Notes under the pieces: generated by a model
Seen by the model: only the letters and a program-made list of their open reading frames with translations
Database searches by the model: none
Told to the model about the DNA's origin: nothing
Part shown: in pieces, positions 1 through 12,400 of the stretch
Numbering within the stretch: the stretch's first letter is position 1
Layout of the letters: every line of letters starts with the position of its first letter
Source of the DNA: Macrostomum lignano
Taxonomy: Eukaryota
Length of the DNA stretch: 64,000 nucleotides
Assembly (NCBI GenBank): GCA_002269645.1
Contig: NIVC01000793.1
Coordinates: 310,001 to 374,000, forward strand
Direction of reading: 5' to 3'
Made by a program: the position numbers and the translations under genes

Positions 1-225
1 TTTAGCGCCGCAGACTATAATTTAGCGCAACAGGCTAGATTTTAGCGCCACAGACTAGATTTTAGCGCCACACGCTAGATTTTAGCGTTCATGTTAGATT
101 TTAGCGCTACAGGCTAGATTTTAGCGCCACAGGCTAGATTTTTAGCGCTACAGTCTAGATTTTAGCGTCACAGACTAGACTTAAGCGCCACAGGCTAGAT
201 TTTTTGCGCCAATTTAGCGCCACAG
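1..225. repeat. About 20-bp degenerate minisatellite (TTTTAGCGCCACAGGCTAGA) in an MDH1 intron, truncated by the window start
   Basis: About 11 visible imperfect copies. Confidence 0.9.
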
Positions 226-320
226 AAAGATTGAAAACTTTAATGGTCAGATCTCTTTTGGAGGGGTCATGACCCTCTCCGGGCTACGCCAATGTATGTT
301 ACCATTCCAAAATCTCGCAG

Positions 321-1135
321 GTGGTGGTTGTTGGCAACCCGGCCAACACCAACGCCCTGATCTGCAGCAAATTCGCGCCCAGCATCCCGGCTAAGAATTT
401 CTCGGCCCTGACTAGGCTGGATCAGAACCGCGCCCGCGCCCAGATCGCCGCCTATTTGGGCCTGCCCTGCAACAGCGTCAGCCGCACTGTCATCTGGGGC
501 AACCATTCCAACACGCAGTTCCCCGACGCTAGCAACGGCGTTGTTCGCGGCCTCGACGGCGTCGAGAAGTCTGTCTATGACGCTGTGGCTAATGAGGAAT
601 GGCTGAAGGGCAAGTTTCTAGCTACCGTGCAGCAGCGCGGCGCCGCCGTTATCAAGGTAAATCTATTATTTTATTGCATAGCAACTGCCTGTGTTAGGCG
701 TATACTAAATACTATATCTCAACTACATACATAGACTCCGTTACTCAATAGCGTGTCTATATAATACTTTCAGTAGCTCTCTAAAGTTTCAGAAGCTAGC
801 TGTCATTGCTAAGTCGAAAAGAAACGTGCATAGAGTAGATAAAAACGGAGCATCTCAATTCATGCGAGTTTTTTCATAGTTTAGCGTCAAACTGTGAATA
901 GTTGATCGACTTTTTAGAGTCAGAGATTCAGTTTGCAAAATTTATAGGTTACGCTAAGACCATGTACCCTGTTTTATCTTTAAGACTAGTTTACAGAAAA
1001 CTCTAGTAATATTCAGCTTTTAGTTTCCCCTAAGAAATTAGGCTGACGTTATCTTTTTTCTTGCCTGCGTTGTTTCTCTTAAGATAACTGTTTTAGTGGT
1101 AACACCGCTTCTTCGGTTTAATCTTTGATAGTGTA

Positions 1136-1192
<57 letters not shown>

Positions 1193-1994
1193 ATTGCATG
1201 TTTCAGTATGATTTCGCATATCCTAGCTCTGACGGTCAACTTTTAAACTCTTTAATAAGCCTTGAAAAGACCGATTGTTGTAGCTTTCCAGCCAAGAAGG
1301 AAGCCTTTTGTCTATACGAAGGCTTTGACTGTACAATACATTGTTACTTATGTTGCATATGATTGATCAGCTGGTTGCTCACCATACTACTCTGGGAATG
1401 GGAAAGGGTCTGGAAGAACACAAGCTTGTCTCGCGCTCAGTAACTAAGGCGTTTTTGTTTAGGCTGTATGCGCCCTGGCGGCATTACTGCCCATTCCGCC
1501 GACTCCCCTGAACAGGCACACACGTATGCAGTCATACGCATAGCCTCAGGAGTGTACAGCTGCTTCCTAACTTTATTTATCGGAAAATTTATTTGGCTGC
1601 ACTGGGAATCGAGCCTTGACCGCTGGCACATCAGAGCGCCGCGCCAGACTACTGGGCTACGGCCCCCTAATTAATAAATTACTATATTGTTATTTCTCAG
1701 GCCCGCAAGCTCAGCAGTGCCATGTCGGCCGCCAAAGCTATCTGCGACCACGCCCGCGACTGGCATTTCGGCACGCCGGCCGGCGACTTCGTTAGCATGG
1801 CCGTCATCTCCGACGGAAACGGCTACGGTGTGCAGAATAACCTGATGTACAGCTTCCCGCTGACTATTAGCAACGGCGAGTGGCGCATCGTTGAGGGCTT
1901 GAATCTCAACGACTGGGCTAAGGAGAAGCTGAAGGCTACGGAGGCTGAGCTGATCGAGGAGCGTGACACCGCGCTCAGCGTGTGTGAGGCTTGA
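321..1994 (+). CDS. MDH1: Cytosolic malate dehydrogenase, last two coding exons (321-656, 1701-1994); 5' exons lie upstream of the window
   Basis: cag|GTG acceptor at 320/321, AAG|gtaa donor at 656/657, ctcag|GCC acceptor at 1700/1701, both phase 0. Motifs [40 protein letters not shown]|[32 protein letters not shown] match the MDH1 family. Confidence 0.97.
1141..1191. repeat. (GT)n microsatellite
   Basis: About 25 perfect GT units in the last MDH1 intron. Confidence 0.99.
1467..1667 (-). mobile_element. tRNA-derived SINE-like element, copy 1
   Basis: The reverse complement of 1596-1667 has A-box-like TAGCCCAGTAG and B-box-like GGCTCGATTCC. Head and body blocks (ATTACTGCC.ATTCCG, GCAGTCATACGCA) recur at 9230-9467. 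Confidence 0.65.
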
Positions 1995-3461
1995 ACTATC
2001 TTCTAGCTGTTGTTGGCTGAATGTCAACTAGGATTGAGACTAAGACAATGCCCCTCCCCTAGTAAACTGTTCTATCGTGTGTCCTTAGTGTCTCCCCTCT
2101 AGATACATGCATTGTGCTCGTAATAAATAGGAAATTGGTGTTCCCAAATTCTCTTAAGTGTATTTCAATTTGGCTGCAACTGAAGCTCTCTTTGTCGCGT
2201 CGGTCAGAACAGCCGGTTCCTCCCATTGCCCAGCGGCAGTAGTGGGTTAGCTTTTGATTAGCTCTTGGTTGTCGCGATTGTTCAGATTGCTTCAACACAG
2301 TTTAAATTTAACTTGGTAGTGTGACATCGTTTAGTTTAGACTGACTGCACATGTATTGATTATATTTAACTCCCCAGAATTGCCTAGTAGATAGACTGTG
2401 TTTCCATCCTTTGTTACTCGCTTAATAACAGTTGAAGCAAATCGTTATCTGAAGATCTGCTTCTATCCACCACAATAATATAATATTCTTTTTCAATAGT
2501 TAATGCACTATAATGCTATTATTTCTTAATTCAAGAATAACCCCGTGACACTGGTAGTTTCCCTAATGTGTTTTTAGTTTCTACCAGTTTAATAGCCTAT
2601 GAAGCTCAATTTTTAATTAGCACTATAGAATCTTTGTTCTGCAACTCCAAGTCCCAGACTAAAATTGTGCATCTAATGAGCTATTGCTATAGGAAAAATA
2701 AATCTTGAAAGTTAGAAAAAACGTAGTGTTTCGTTCGAGTCTTATTAGTTGCCCCTAAATGTGATTAATAACTGTTCATTGTTACAATTTTCTTTTCCGC
2801 GTGCGGAATAAAAACATGCTGATGCTGAGCGCATTCGTCCTTCGCATCGCGTAAGTCCGGATCACATCTAGATGCTACAATACTAAGTAATCAAGTATCG
2901 CGACTTATTGCACCTGCAGTTTAATGGTCCTAAAGTTATTGGGGTGATATAGCCAGTTATATCATCTATCGTTAGTCACATAGCCAGCCAGACGGTTGAT
3001 TCTTGATGGGGCAAGCCCAGGGCGCCAGCATCAAAGAGCGTTACAGCTGCTCATTGATCATTAAGATCTATGATTTCTTTTAAAAGCAGTATTGTTTGAA
3101 CAATTGCAACTACTCTTTCGTTTGAATACATCGTTACTTGCATTAAGAAAATGTAGAACCGGAACTGAATTCGTTACACACTTGCTTGTACGTGTGGTCA
3201 ATAAAGTAATTAACCCGAAAATACAAAGCAATGGCGTTTAGTTAATCAGAAATATGTTTATAATTTGTTTAATATTATAATTTTATTATAACCGTTTTTG
3301 TTTTTAAAAGGCCGTAACGAGTTTTTAAATAACGTTAAGTCTTAAATTTCAAGTCGCGCGGCGGTGAGGTCCCACAAACGCATTGTGTAGTTTTTTTGTG
3401 TTTTAGTATATTTTTTTAATTGTTGCTCAAGACATATCTTATTTTTAGTGAAATTTTTGGA

Positions 3462-6400
3462 ATGTCTTGGATTTTTGGTGGTGGATCTAAACCGCCACAG
3501 GGGAGCAACAATGCACCTCAACAACAAAATGCACAGAACCAAGGCCAAGGAGCAAAGTCGTCCAAAACAACAATACCAACTGATAGTGGTTACAGTTTTG
3601 ATTCTGAGGCTTTGGAAAGAGCGGCTAAGGCAGCTAAAGAATTGGAACACTCTAGTAAGTTTTTAGCTTTTGATTTGTTTGACAATGTAATGTAACTTTG
3701 TAAAAGACACTAGGCCTATTGCCATTGGTCCTTAGGGTGTCTAGCTCTAGCTTACTAAACTCTACTAAACTCTTGAATTTTATATGCATTCTAATTTCTA
3801 TACTTAGAGGCAAGCTATCTATTTTCCATTTATTCTTATAATTTTGTTAGTTGTGGCTTCAAAAAGTTTTTATTTGTATATTGTTATTGTCCTAAATTAA
3901 TTTTGTCTTATATAATTTAGGCCTTATGCTTTTCTTTAGATGTTATAATTGGAAGTGCTTATCCCAATGGTCCCGTGCCGATAATTCCAATTTTATCCAC
4001 ATGGAACTGTGTCAATAATTTTCAGCTTATCCCCATAGCTAAGATTGTGCAGTTGTTTGAGTTTAGTTTTGTGTACTGATGTTAAATCAATATTGTCATT
4101 ATTATTAGCAATATTATCATTATTGCTATATAAAGTTATTTTGCAAGTTGAATTTTGCAAGTCTCATTCGCCTTGATCTTTAGGTCGTTCAGGGGTGGAC
4201 TGAGGGGGGGGACAAGGGGGCCATGGCCCCCCCCTCAGCTCTGCCACAAAATCCTCAGATGTATTGGTATCATGCTGTATTGGTATCATGGTACCCTAAT
4301 TGCAGCTTTGGCCTAACTAGACATGAGGCTTGCTTCTCAATAAAATCCTGGGTCCATCCTTGAGGTCATTTAGTTGTTCTAAGTAAAACTGGCAGCTAAG
4401 CAAATATTTAAAATTAACCCTTTTAATGATGAAAAGTTTTAACAAAGTACTCAATACTATTCAGTATTCAATACATGTAGTTTATTTAGAAGATTTGTAA
4501 AATAGTGAAAACAAAAAGACAATTTTTGAACAGATTCATTTTAAGGTTCTTTATTCTAGTAATAAGTTGTTGTAGGGGTAAGCTAGAAATTATCAACATA
4601 GATCTGTGTGGATAAGATTGGAATTATTGGCATGGGGCCGTAGATCTTGGGATTTTCAGACTGGGATTAAGATCTTATGTTACATCTGCATTTTATTTAT
4701 TCAGTAGGCTTTTAATACAATTTTTAGTATTGCTAACCTTGATCTTCACTATTAGATTTGTTTTATGGAGTATTTATAAGCACAACAGCCGTGTCAATAA
4801 ATATAGAGCTTATAGGCATGGCGACCATGTCTATAATATTTGAGCTTATAGGTATGCTATAATCATTGATATACAACTCTGGATCTAGATTGTGTAATAA
4901 TATACGCTGGAACAAGAATCCTATCTCAGCTAAATATATGCCAATATATGCTAAAACAAAAAAATCCCTAAAATGTACGCCAAAAATTTCTCCTGAAAAG
5001 GTCATTTGGTTTTCACAAATGGAAGTTTCCTAAGAAAGGCTTTTGTACAAAAAGTCTTTAAAATATTACAAATATTTTCATTTTAAACAAATTTAAATTA
5101 AACCTATAGAAATGGTAATGCAAAATTTATGTTTTAGCAATCATTTATACAATTCCATACTCTCTTGGCTATGGCTAGTGTCAGTGTCGGTTCTGTCTTT
5201 AGTTTTTTATTTTCAATCTTTACAAAGCAAAGTTTATTACTGACTTTCTAGACCATACAAATTTTCCTTTATTTTATGTAAAAACATTAATTTACCTTAT
5301 AATTTTCATGCATGACATGAATGTATTCACCAAAATTAGTACCACAAAAAATTGGCATGAAATTGTGCACCAATTTTTAAAAGGGTCATTTGTATGCTGG
5401 AATTTTCTGGCGTAATGTAACCTTCCAGAGTCTGGTATACAACTTGTGTTCTATAGGGCTCTCTCATAAGTAAATGATGGCTTAGAGGATATATCAATTG
5501 CCTTATGGTTGCATATAACAAGATTCAAATCCTAGATGGCTGCAGTTTTTTTAATTTGAATTTTTTTAATGAATAGAATTTTTTGCATCTTGAACTTTTT
5601 AAGTTTTTTAATTAAAATACTAAATAAAAATTAAATTACATTAATTTTTTAATTAGAGTAATAATAAATCTTAAAGTGTGGCCATAATTATATATATAGC
5701 AACTAAAAAATAAATATTTTTTTCAATATGTATTGGCCACACTTTGTTATGAGTTAAACATTATATAGCCTTACTAAAGCTAGGGGTATAGGGGTGGCAA
5801 GCCCCCTCCCCCCCACTAGCCTTACTAAAGCCAATGATATTTGTAGTGACATTCTCTACCTAAGAAGGCAACAACTAAACTAAATATAGTCCAATAAGCT
5901 TCTTAGTTATTAATATTTAGGCTAAATACATAACAATAAAAACACAATACCCATCATCCCACCTTGAAGACAACAAAAAAGGGGTTTATCCTCAATTTGC
6001 TGAATCCCAATTTGCCGATTCCTAGCTTGCCGAACCCTAATTTGCCGATACCTGGTTTGCCAAAATTCCCAAGTTGCCAATTCCCAATTTGCCAAAATTC
6101 TTGATTTGCCAAGATTACTTATTTGCCAAAATTCCTCAATTTGCTGAATCCCAATTTGCCGATTCCTAGCTTGCCGAACCCCAATTCGCCGATACCTGGT
6201 TTGCCAAAATTCCCAAGTTGCCAATTCCCAATTTGCCAAAATTCTTGATTTGCCAAGATTACTTATTTGCCAAAATTCCTCAATTTGCTGAATCCCAATT
6301 TGCCGATTCCTAGCTTGCCGAACCCCAATTCGCCGATACCTGGTTTGCCAAAATTCCCAAGTTGCCAATTCCCAATTTGCCAAAATTCTTGATTTGCCAA

Positions 6401-9400
6401 GATTACTTATTTGCCAAAATTCCTCAATTTGCTGAATCCCAATTTGCCGATTCCTAGCTTGCCGAACCCCAATTTGCCAATACCTGGTTTGCCAAAATTC
6501 CCAAGTTGCCAATTCCCAATTTGCCAAAATTCTTGATTTGCCAAAATTACTTATTTGCCAAAATTCCTCAATTGCTAAATCCCAACTTGCCAATTTCCTG
6601 ATTTGCCAAATTTCCAAATTTTGCCAAATTCGCCAATTCCTGGTTTGTCAGAATTCCTGATTTGCTGAAATTCCTGATTTGCCAAATTTACTATTCTTAA
6701 CTATTAGTAGAGATAGTATTAGTATTAGTAAGTCACTTTAGAAATAGTAGAGTAAATGATAACAAGCAAAAATATACAAAAAGTTTGAACAAAGAATGGC
6801 CTATCTATTATCTAGCACAGGCCATAGGCATTACCAAAGATTCGACATAATATAAATTGGCTAAATAGTGAATTCAGGCAAATCAGGAAATTGGCAAGTC
6901 AGGATTTGGCAAATTAGGAATTTTGGCAAATTAGGAATTTTGGCAAATTAGGAATTTTGGCAAATTAGGAATTTTGGCAAATTAGGAATTTTGGCAAATT
7001 AGGAATTTTGGCAAATTAGGAATTTTGGCAAATTAGGAATTTTGGCAAATCAGGAATTGGTGACTTGGGAATTTCAGTGAACCAGGAATTGGCTAATTGG
7101 GGGTTAACCAAAATAGGCTAGTAGGGGGGCTAGCCACATCCTACATCCCTGGGGACCCTGGCTTTAGTAAGGCTAGTGGGGGGGACTTGCTGTCCCAATA
7201 CCCCTGGCTTTGTAAGGCTATATAATGTTTAACTTATGGCAAAGTGTGGCTGATATGTATTAAAAATTCAAGTAACAAATAAAAAAATGTTTAAAAATTC
7301 TTGTTTAAAAATTCTTGTTTAAAATGTTTAAAAATGTTTTAAACATGGCAGCTATGCCTATAAGCTCCAATATCATATATGCCCAACACCTGTCCAACCC
7401 ATCCAAACTGGACAGATGAAATGGCTGCCAGCCAAGGTAAGTCTCAAAATTGAAAAAGCAAAGAATGAAAATTTGGGATAGAAAGAAAGAAAAAAAGAGA
7501 AAGGGAAAGAAAGGAAGGAGAAGAGAAAGAAGAAAAGAGAAAAAGACAAGAAAAGTCATATACAAAGTAAAAATTAAGTTGCAATCAGGGGAACTAAGTC
7601 GCAATCGGGAGGAACTAAGTTGCAATTGCACATAGGTAAGTTGCAAATTTGGACAAAACTAAGTTGCACTGGATAGGTGAAATTTTGAGGTTGGGCATAT
7701 ATATCCAATATTATAGACACAGCCACCTACCATGTTTCTAAGTATAAATCCATTCAATATTAACAACACAGCCACCCACCATGTCTCTAAGTGTGAACCC
7801 ATTCAATATTAATGACACAGCCGCTGTGCAAGCTTCATTGACACAATGGCCATCTATAAGTTTCTGCATTATAGACACAGCCACCGTGTCTCTAAGTGTG
7901 GTATTTATTTTAAAATTTTGATAATCATTAATATTTAAGCCTACATGAACAAACATTAGAAAAACTTGGCTATATTATTATAAAATCTTTGTTAAAAAAT
8001 TGCTGGAATTGGAATTCTTTTTGTTTTTCAAGTCTAAAAATATGATTCAAGTGAATGAATTAATAGTTAAGTATATACTAGCAGCTAAATTATTTATTAT
8101 AGTTAATCCCTATTGATATAAGTGGACAAAAAGTGTCCAACTGTCCATCGCAATTTTGGAATTTTGTGGTGTTGCATTGTGGCTTAAGTCAACGCAGGTA
8201 GTGTTGCAGGGCAATGTGGTTTTAGATAAATGGCAAGAGTAACTTTGACTGTCTTATTAAGGCTAAATTAAGGTGAAAGTAGGCGAAATTTGTGTTTTAG
8301 CAGTTGTGAAGTTTAGCTAATGTGAAGTTTAGCGCTTGTGAAAGTAGGTGACAAATTCGTAACTAATGTGAAGTTTAGCGCTTGTGAAGTTTAGCACTTG
8401 TGAAATTTAGCGTTTGTGAAAGTAGCTGGCGAATTTGTAGCTATTATGAAGTTTAGCGCTTGTGAAAGTAAGTGAGTTAGCGGTTATGAAGTTTAGCGCT
8501 TGTGAAAGTAAGTGAGTTAGCGGTTATGAAGTTTAGCGCTTGTGAAGTTTAGCGCTTGTGAAGCCTCCCCCTTTAAATATTGTATATTTGCATTTTTGGA
8601 TATTAATCTACATTACATAAAACCTTCAACCAATTATAGAATATGCTAAGGAAGCATTTGAGCTTACCAAACAGCAGGAGGTTACTAATCAGCTCTCCAA
8701 TCAGGCCAACATCAAGGTAAGACTTTGTTGCATAAATAATCATGTAGCTCTGACCAAATGCTTGCTGCAAGTGTTGTTAAATACTTAAATGCTACCCTCA
8801 CTACTACCATCACTATCGCAGCAATATGAGCTACAAATCGAACAGATGAAAGGCGAACAAATTCGAGTTCAAGAAGATGAGAGAAGGAAAACTCTTCTAG
8901 AAGAGGCTCGAATGAAGAAGGCCCGCGAAGAATACCAGGACCAGTTGGCCAGGCAGCGCCATCAGGATCAGCTGGCTACGAAGGCTCGAGCCGAAGAAGA
9001 CAGCCTCCGTCGTCAGGAAGAGTCCATCCAGCGGCAGGAGGCACTGCGCCGGCAAACAGTCGAGTATGAGCAGGACCTGCGCTACAAGAACGATATGAAA
9101 CTGTTGGAGGCCAGGCTGCGCGGCGAGGCGCAGGTTGAGCGCGAGAATCGCGACGTCCGATTGGAACAGGTTAGCTAAGCTTGCTTTGTGGGTTCGCAAT
9201 TCTTTTATTAGAGACAGGGAGCTGTGTGCACCCTGGCGCACTTTAAGCGACATTGTCACACAACCGGCGAGAGGTATTACTGCCAATTCCGTACGCAGTC
9301 ATACGCACAGGCACACTGTGCCTTGGGGGTTGGTCACCAAGACCGCTAATTGCACGAGCAGAGCCAAGCCGAGATTCCAATTTAGCCCCAAATTAATGTG

Positions 9401-12400
9401 ACTGCACTTGGAATCGAGCCTGGGTCGCTGGCACATCAGAGCGCCGCGCTAGACCACTATAGGCTCCTTTGGCTTTTGGAAGCTTTTAGAAAAGTTAAGC
9501 AAAGTTGGTTCCGGTTAGTACCCAACTGAATGGGCTATTGGCATTACCTTTCAAAGCAGTCTTAAAATTGAAATGAAGTTGAGCTCCAGTTCAGAGTAAC
9601 AGCCTTAAGCTGTGCCTGTGGTAGAATTAATTCAGGGTGGAATCGAACCCGGCTATTTTGACGCGTTTACCGCTGAGCTGCTCTGCCCCCCCCCCCCCCG
9701 AGCGCATTTTAGCGCTGCTGTAGAAATACTCCTCGTGCATCAGCAAGGGCATAAAACAGGGGTGGGCAAACTCCGGCCCGCAAAGCCTCTCTATCCGGCC
9801 CTCGGGTCCTTGGACACTTTAGAATGGCAATCCGGCCCGGCCCGCTCAAGGTTTGCCTCTTCTCAGTTATCTCTCGTGCTCTCCTCTCTTCTCCACTCCT
9901 GTCTACTCTCATCTCCTCTCCCTCTCCTCTCTTCTCTCCTCTCAGCTCCTCTACTCTACTCTCTCATCTCCTCTTATCTCCTTTCGTTTCACTCACCTTA
10001 GATTAGAAAGACAGGGCCGTGAGGAATGGGCTGAATCGCCTCAGCGCCGGTTGTGGGACGATGTCGCCGAAGGTGCCCACTGCCTTTCTGCGATTATTAT
10101 TGCTAATATTATTATATTATTTCTATTATCCCACAATAACCATTCCCAGGTCAAGGCCAAAGCCGTAGAAGATCGGGCCACCTGGCAGGAGTCGCTGCGC
10201 ACAAGCGGCGACCTGGTTGCTAAGGCCTACCACGCCCTATTTGCTGATTGGACTCGAACTGTACGAACGGTAGCCCAGGTGGGCCTGCTAGCCGGCAGCA
10301 TCTACGGCGTCAAATACGGCCTCGGGGTTGGATTTCGCGCGGCCGAAGCTCGAATTGGCAAGCCGTCGCTGGTGCGCCAGACCTCCAGGTTGAACGCCGT
10401 AGACTTGGTGAAATCTCCCGTGCTAACTGCGCGCCGGTTTGTTTCTAAACCGTCCGACGCTCTGAAGGGCATTATACTCAAGCCCGAGCTGGAGGCCAGA
10501 CTGCGCGAGGTTGCCATAGCAACTAGGCACACTAAGAAGAATAACGGATATTATAGGAATCTGTTGATGTGCGGACCGCCTGGCACCGGAAAGACTATGT
10601 TTGTTAAGGTGAGCTCTATACTATTATTAATTGCTTCTTCTAGGAGCAGAAACTGTGCCAATTGCCTTAGAAAACTACTAGTGATAGTCTACTGGGCACG
10701 CCCGTTGAAAAGAAGTTGCAATATATTTGATTAATCTATTTGGCAGAGCTTGGCGCTGCACTCTGGCATGGACTATGCTATCATGACTGGAGGCGATGTG
10801 GCTCCCATGGGCAAGGAGGGCGTCACCGCTGTGCACAAAGTGTTCGACTGGGCTAGCACTAGCCGGAGAGGGTGAGCTGAGTCTACTACTACTGTCAGTA
10901 GCTTGTGGCATGTCTTGCAGTTTTATTGTCCATTATATAAGATTCAGCTTATAGTCAAAGGTGTATAGAATCGCTGACACAAGTAGGATAGAATCCCTGC
11001 CACAAGTAGAATAGAATGGCTGACACAAGTAGGATAGAATGGCTGACACAAGTAGGATAGAATCCCTGCCACAAGTAGAATAGAATGGCTGACACAAGTA
11101 GGATAGAATGGCTGCCACATGTATGATAGAATGGCTGACACAAGTAGGATAGGATCGCTGACACAAGTAGGATAGAATCGCTGACACAAGTAGGATAGGA
11201 TCGCTGACACAAGTAGGATAAAATCGCTGACACAAGTAGGATAGGATCGCTGACACAAGTAGGATAGAATGACTGACACAAGTAGGATAGAATCGCTGAC
11301 ACAAGTAGGATAGAATGACTGACACAAGTAGGATAGAATCGCTGACACAAGTAGGATAGAATCCCTGCCACAAGTAGGATAGAATGACTGACACAAGTAG
11401 GATAGAATGACTGACACAAGTAAGATAGAATGACTGACACAAGTAGTATAGAATGGCTGACACAAGTAGGATAGAATGACTGACACAAGTAGTATAGAAT
11501 GGCTGACACAAGTAGGATAGACTGACTGACACAAGTAGGATAGAATGGCTGCCACAAGTATGATAGAATGGCTGACACAAGTAGGATAGAATCGCTGACA
11601 CAAGTAGGATAGAATCGCTGACACAAGTAGGATAGGATCGCTGACACAAGTAGGATAGAATGACTGACACAAGTAGGATAGAATCGCTGACACAAGTAGG
11701 ATAGGATCGCTGACACAAGTAGGATAGGATCGCTGACACAAGTAGGATAGAATGACTGACACAAGTAGGATAGAATCCCTGCCACAAGTAGGATAGGATC
11801 GCTGACACAAGTAGGATAGAATGACTGACACAAGTAGGATAGAATCGCTGACACAAGTAGGATAGAATCGCTGACACAAGTAGGATAGAATCCCTGCCAC
11901 AAGTAGGATAGACTGACTGACACAAGTAGGATAGAATGACTGACACAAGTAGGATAGAATCGCTGACACAAGTAGGATAGAATGACTGACACAAGTAGGA
12001 TAGAATGACTGACACAAGTAGGATAGAATGACTGACACAAGTAGGATAGAATGACTGACACAAGTAGGATAGACTGACTGACACAAGTAGGATAGAATGA
12101 CTGACACAAGTAGGATAGAATGACTGACACAAGTAGGATAAAATGACTGACACAAGTAGGATAGACTGACTGACACAAGTAGGATAGAATGACTGCCACA
12201 AGTAGGATAGAATGGCTGACACAAGTAGGATAGAATGGCTGCCACAAGTATGATAGAATGGCTGACACAAGTAGGATAGAATCGCTGACACAAGTAGGAT
12301 AGAATCGCTGACACAAGTAGGATATGATCGCTGACACAAGTAGGATAGAATGACTGACACAAGTAGGATAGAATCGCTGACACAAGTAGGATAGAATCGC

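Noticed and set aside
5991-6600. 144-bp period as a nucleosome-positioning signal
   Set aside because: Only about 4 copies and no linker allowance; the length is explained as nine ~16-bp subunits.
5922-6617. 231-aa minus-strand ORF with 48-aa repeats
   Set aside because: Reflects the 144-bp higher-order repeat of the foldback arm; no transposase motifs.
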